Part shown: in pieces, positions 63,017-64,000 of the stretch
How the letters are laid out: every line of letters begins with the position of its first letter
Position numbering within the stretch: position 1 is the stretch's first letter
Origin: an uncultured Chloroflexia bacterium
GTDB lineage: Bacteria > Chloroflexota > Limnocylindria > Limnocylindrales > CSP1-4
Direction of reading: 5' to 3'
Length of the DNA stretch: 64,000 nucleotides
Assembly (NCBI GenBank): GCA_963763775.1
Contig: CAVXPZ010000001.1
Location: 1,120,001 to 1,184,000, forward strand
The notes under the pieces: generated by a model
Seen by the model: only the letters and a program-made list of their open reading frames with translations
The model's database searches: none
What the model was told of the DNA's origin: nothing
Made by a program: the position numbers and the translations under genes

Positions 63017-63870
63017 CGACCGCAGCTGTCTCCGCCCCGGCCATCCCCGAGCTGGCGGACGGCGCCACCGGCGACACCGCCACCGCCGACTGGCCGGCTG
63101 GGACGATCCTGCGCGACATCAGCCGCGGTGGCCTGACCGGCGCGATCGTCGGGCTCGTGGCGATGGGTATCGGCTCCCGCCTCGTCATGCGACTCGCGGC
63201 GCTGCTCGTGCCGGAGGCGACGGGCGCCACCACCGAGAACGGCAACCGCATCGGCACGATCACGGCGGACGGGTCGCTGTTCCTGGTCGTCGGCGGGATC
63301 CTGGTCGGCCTTCTGGCCGGGACCGTCTGGGTGGCGATCTCGCCGTGGATCCCCGGTCGTGGCATGCGGCGGGCGCTCGTCACCGCGCCGATCGCCGTCG
63401 CGCTCGGGGCCGCCGGTCTCGTCGACGGGAGCAACCCGGACTTCTTCGTCCTTCGCCACGATCCTCGCGTGGTGTGGACGCTGATCGGGCTCGTCGCGCT
63501 CATCGGGTTCCTGTTCGCGGTCGTCGACGACTGGCTCGACCGCCACCTGCCGCAGGCTCGCCGAGGACGGCGGCCGATCGGGCTGGCCACGCCCATCTAC
63601 ATCCTGCTCACCGTGATCGGGTGTGCGCTCATCGCCCCGATGACCATCCTCGCCTACCTGACGTCGAAAGACGTGCCGACGGTCCTCATCGGGATCGCCT
63701 TGTTCGCTGTCGGCGCGGTCACGATCGTGTCGTGGGGCGACCGGCTCCACGGCAACCCGGTGCCCTCGACCCGCCTCCGGCGCGCGGGCCGACTCACCCT
63801 GCTCGTCGCGGTCACGATCGGGTTGGCCACGATCATCCCCGAGGTCGCGGGAGCGCTCGGCCTCGGCTGA
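63013..63870 (+). CDS. Hypothetical multi-pass membrane protein
   Basis: ATGA overlap; GSRLVMRLAA..TENGNRIGTIT..G, NPDF. Confidence 0.75.
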   Translation: MTTAAVSAPAIPELADGATGDTATADWPAGTILRDISRGGLTGAIVGLVAMGIGSRLVMRLAALLVPEATGATTENGNRIGTITADGSLFLVVGGILVGLLAGTVWVAISPWIPGRGMRRALVTAPIAVALGAAGLVDGSNPDFFVLRHDPRVVWTLIGLVALIGFLFAVVDDWLDRHLPQARRGRRPIGLATPIYILLTVIGCALIAPMTILAYLTSKDVPTVLIGIALFAVGAVTIVSWGDRLHGNPVPSTRLRRAGRLTLLVAVTIGLATIIPEVAGALGLG

Positions 63871-63896
63871 GCGACCGATCGATGGACGGAAGCGCC

Positions 63897-64000
63897 ATGA
63901 CCGTCGTCGTCCGGAGCTGGAGCGGCCTGGGTCACGCCGGCCGGCTCTTGGTGCTCGTCCTGACCGGCGTCGCCTGGTCGGTGAGCTCGCTCATGCTGGC
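63897..64000 (+). CDS. Membrane protein, 3'-truncated by window edge
   Basis: MTVVVRSWSGLGHAGRLLVLVLTGVAWSVSSLML, open to the edge. Confidence 0.45.
   Translation, partial: MTVVVRSWSGLGHAGRLLVLVLTGVAWSVSSLML

Overview
High-GC bacterial chromosomal segment. Gene style suggests a soil or freshwater Chloroflexota (Limnocylindria-like) or actinobacterium-like genome, but this is inference. Many conserved genes carry 1-bp frameshifts (araB, trxB, argR, uvrD, lacI, tetR), most likely unpolished long-read errors, so I stitched genes across them and many ends are approximate. Content in order: EAL protein; YbjN/TY-chaperone plus Clp-N/CbbX-type AAA+ pair; RelBE-like TA; VOC; aminotransferase; ettA; an AlkZ-DinB-GNAT-DinB cluster; a ~2,900-aa secreted multi-repeat glycoside-hydrolase surface protein; DDN-like nitroreductase with TetR; AbrB-VapC; an L-arabinose cluster (ABC, araA, GH127, araD, araB) with a divergent F420-type LLM enzyme and LacI; an accessory island (Zn-finger plus macrodomain, PH-SHOCT, MazEF, Zn-finger microprotein plus NERD-helicase, J-domain protein, orphan TopA zinc ribbons); GH10; two cyclase-fold proteins; UvrD-HRDC; trxB, ABC, OsmC and DUF4395; argCJBRG; Phd-VapC coupled to a histidine kinase; membrane proteins. 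Non-coding signals: a 46-bp repeat in three copies, a long hairpin carrying an open mini-ORF inside the arg operon, a 122-bp element with 16-bp terminal inverted repeats, several operators and pervasive leaderless promoters. I recognised no rRNA, tRNA, CRISPR array, transposase or integrase.
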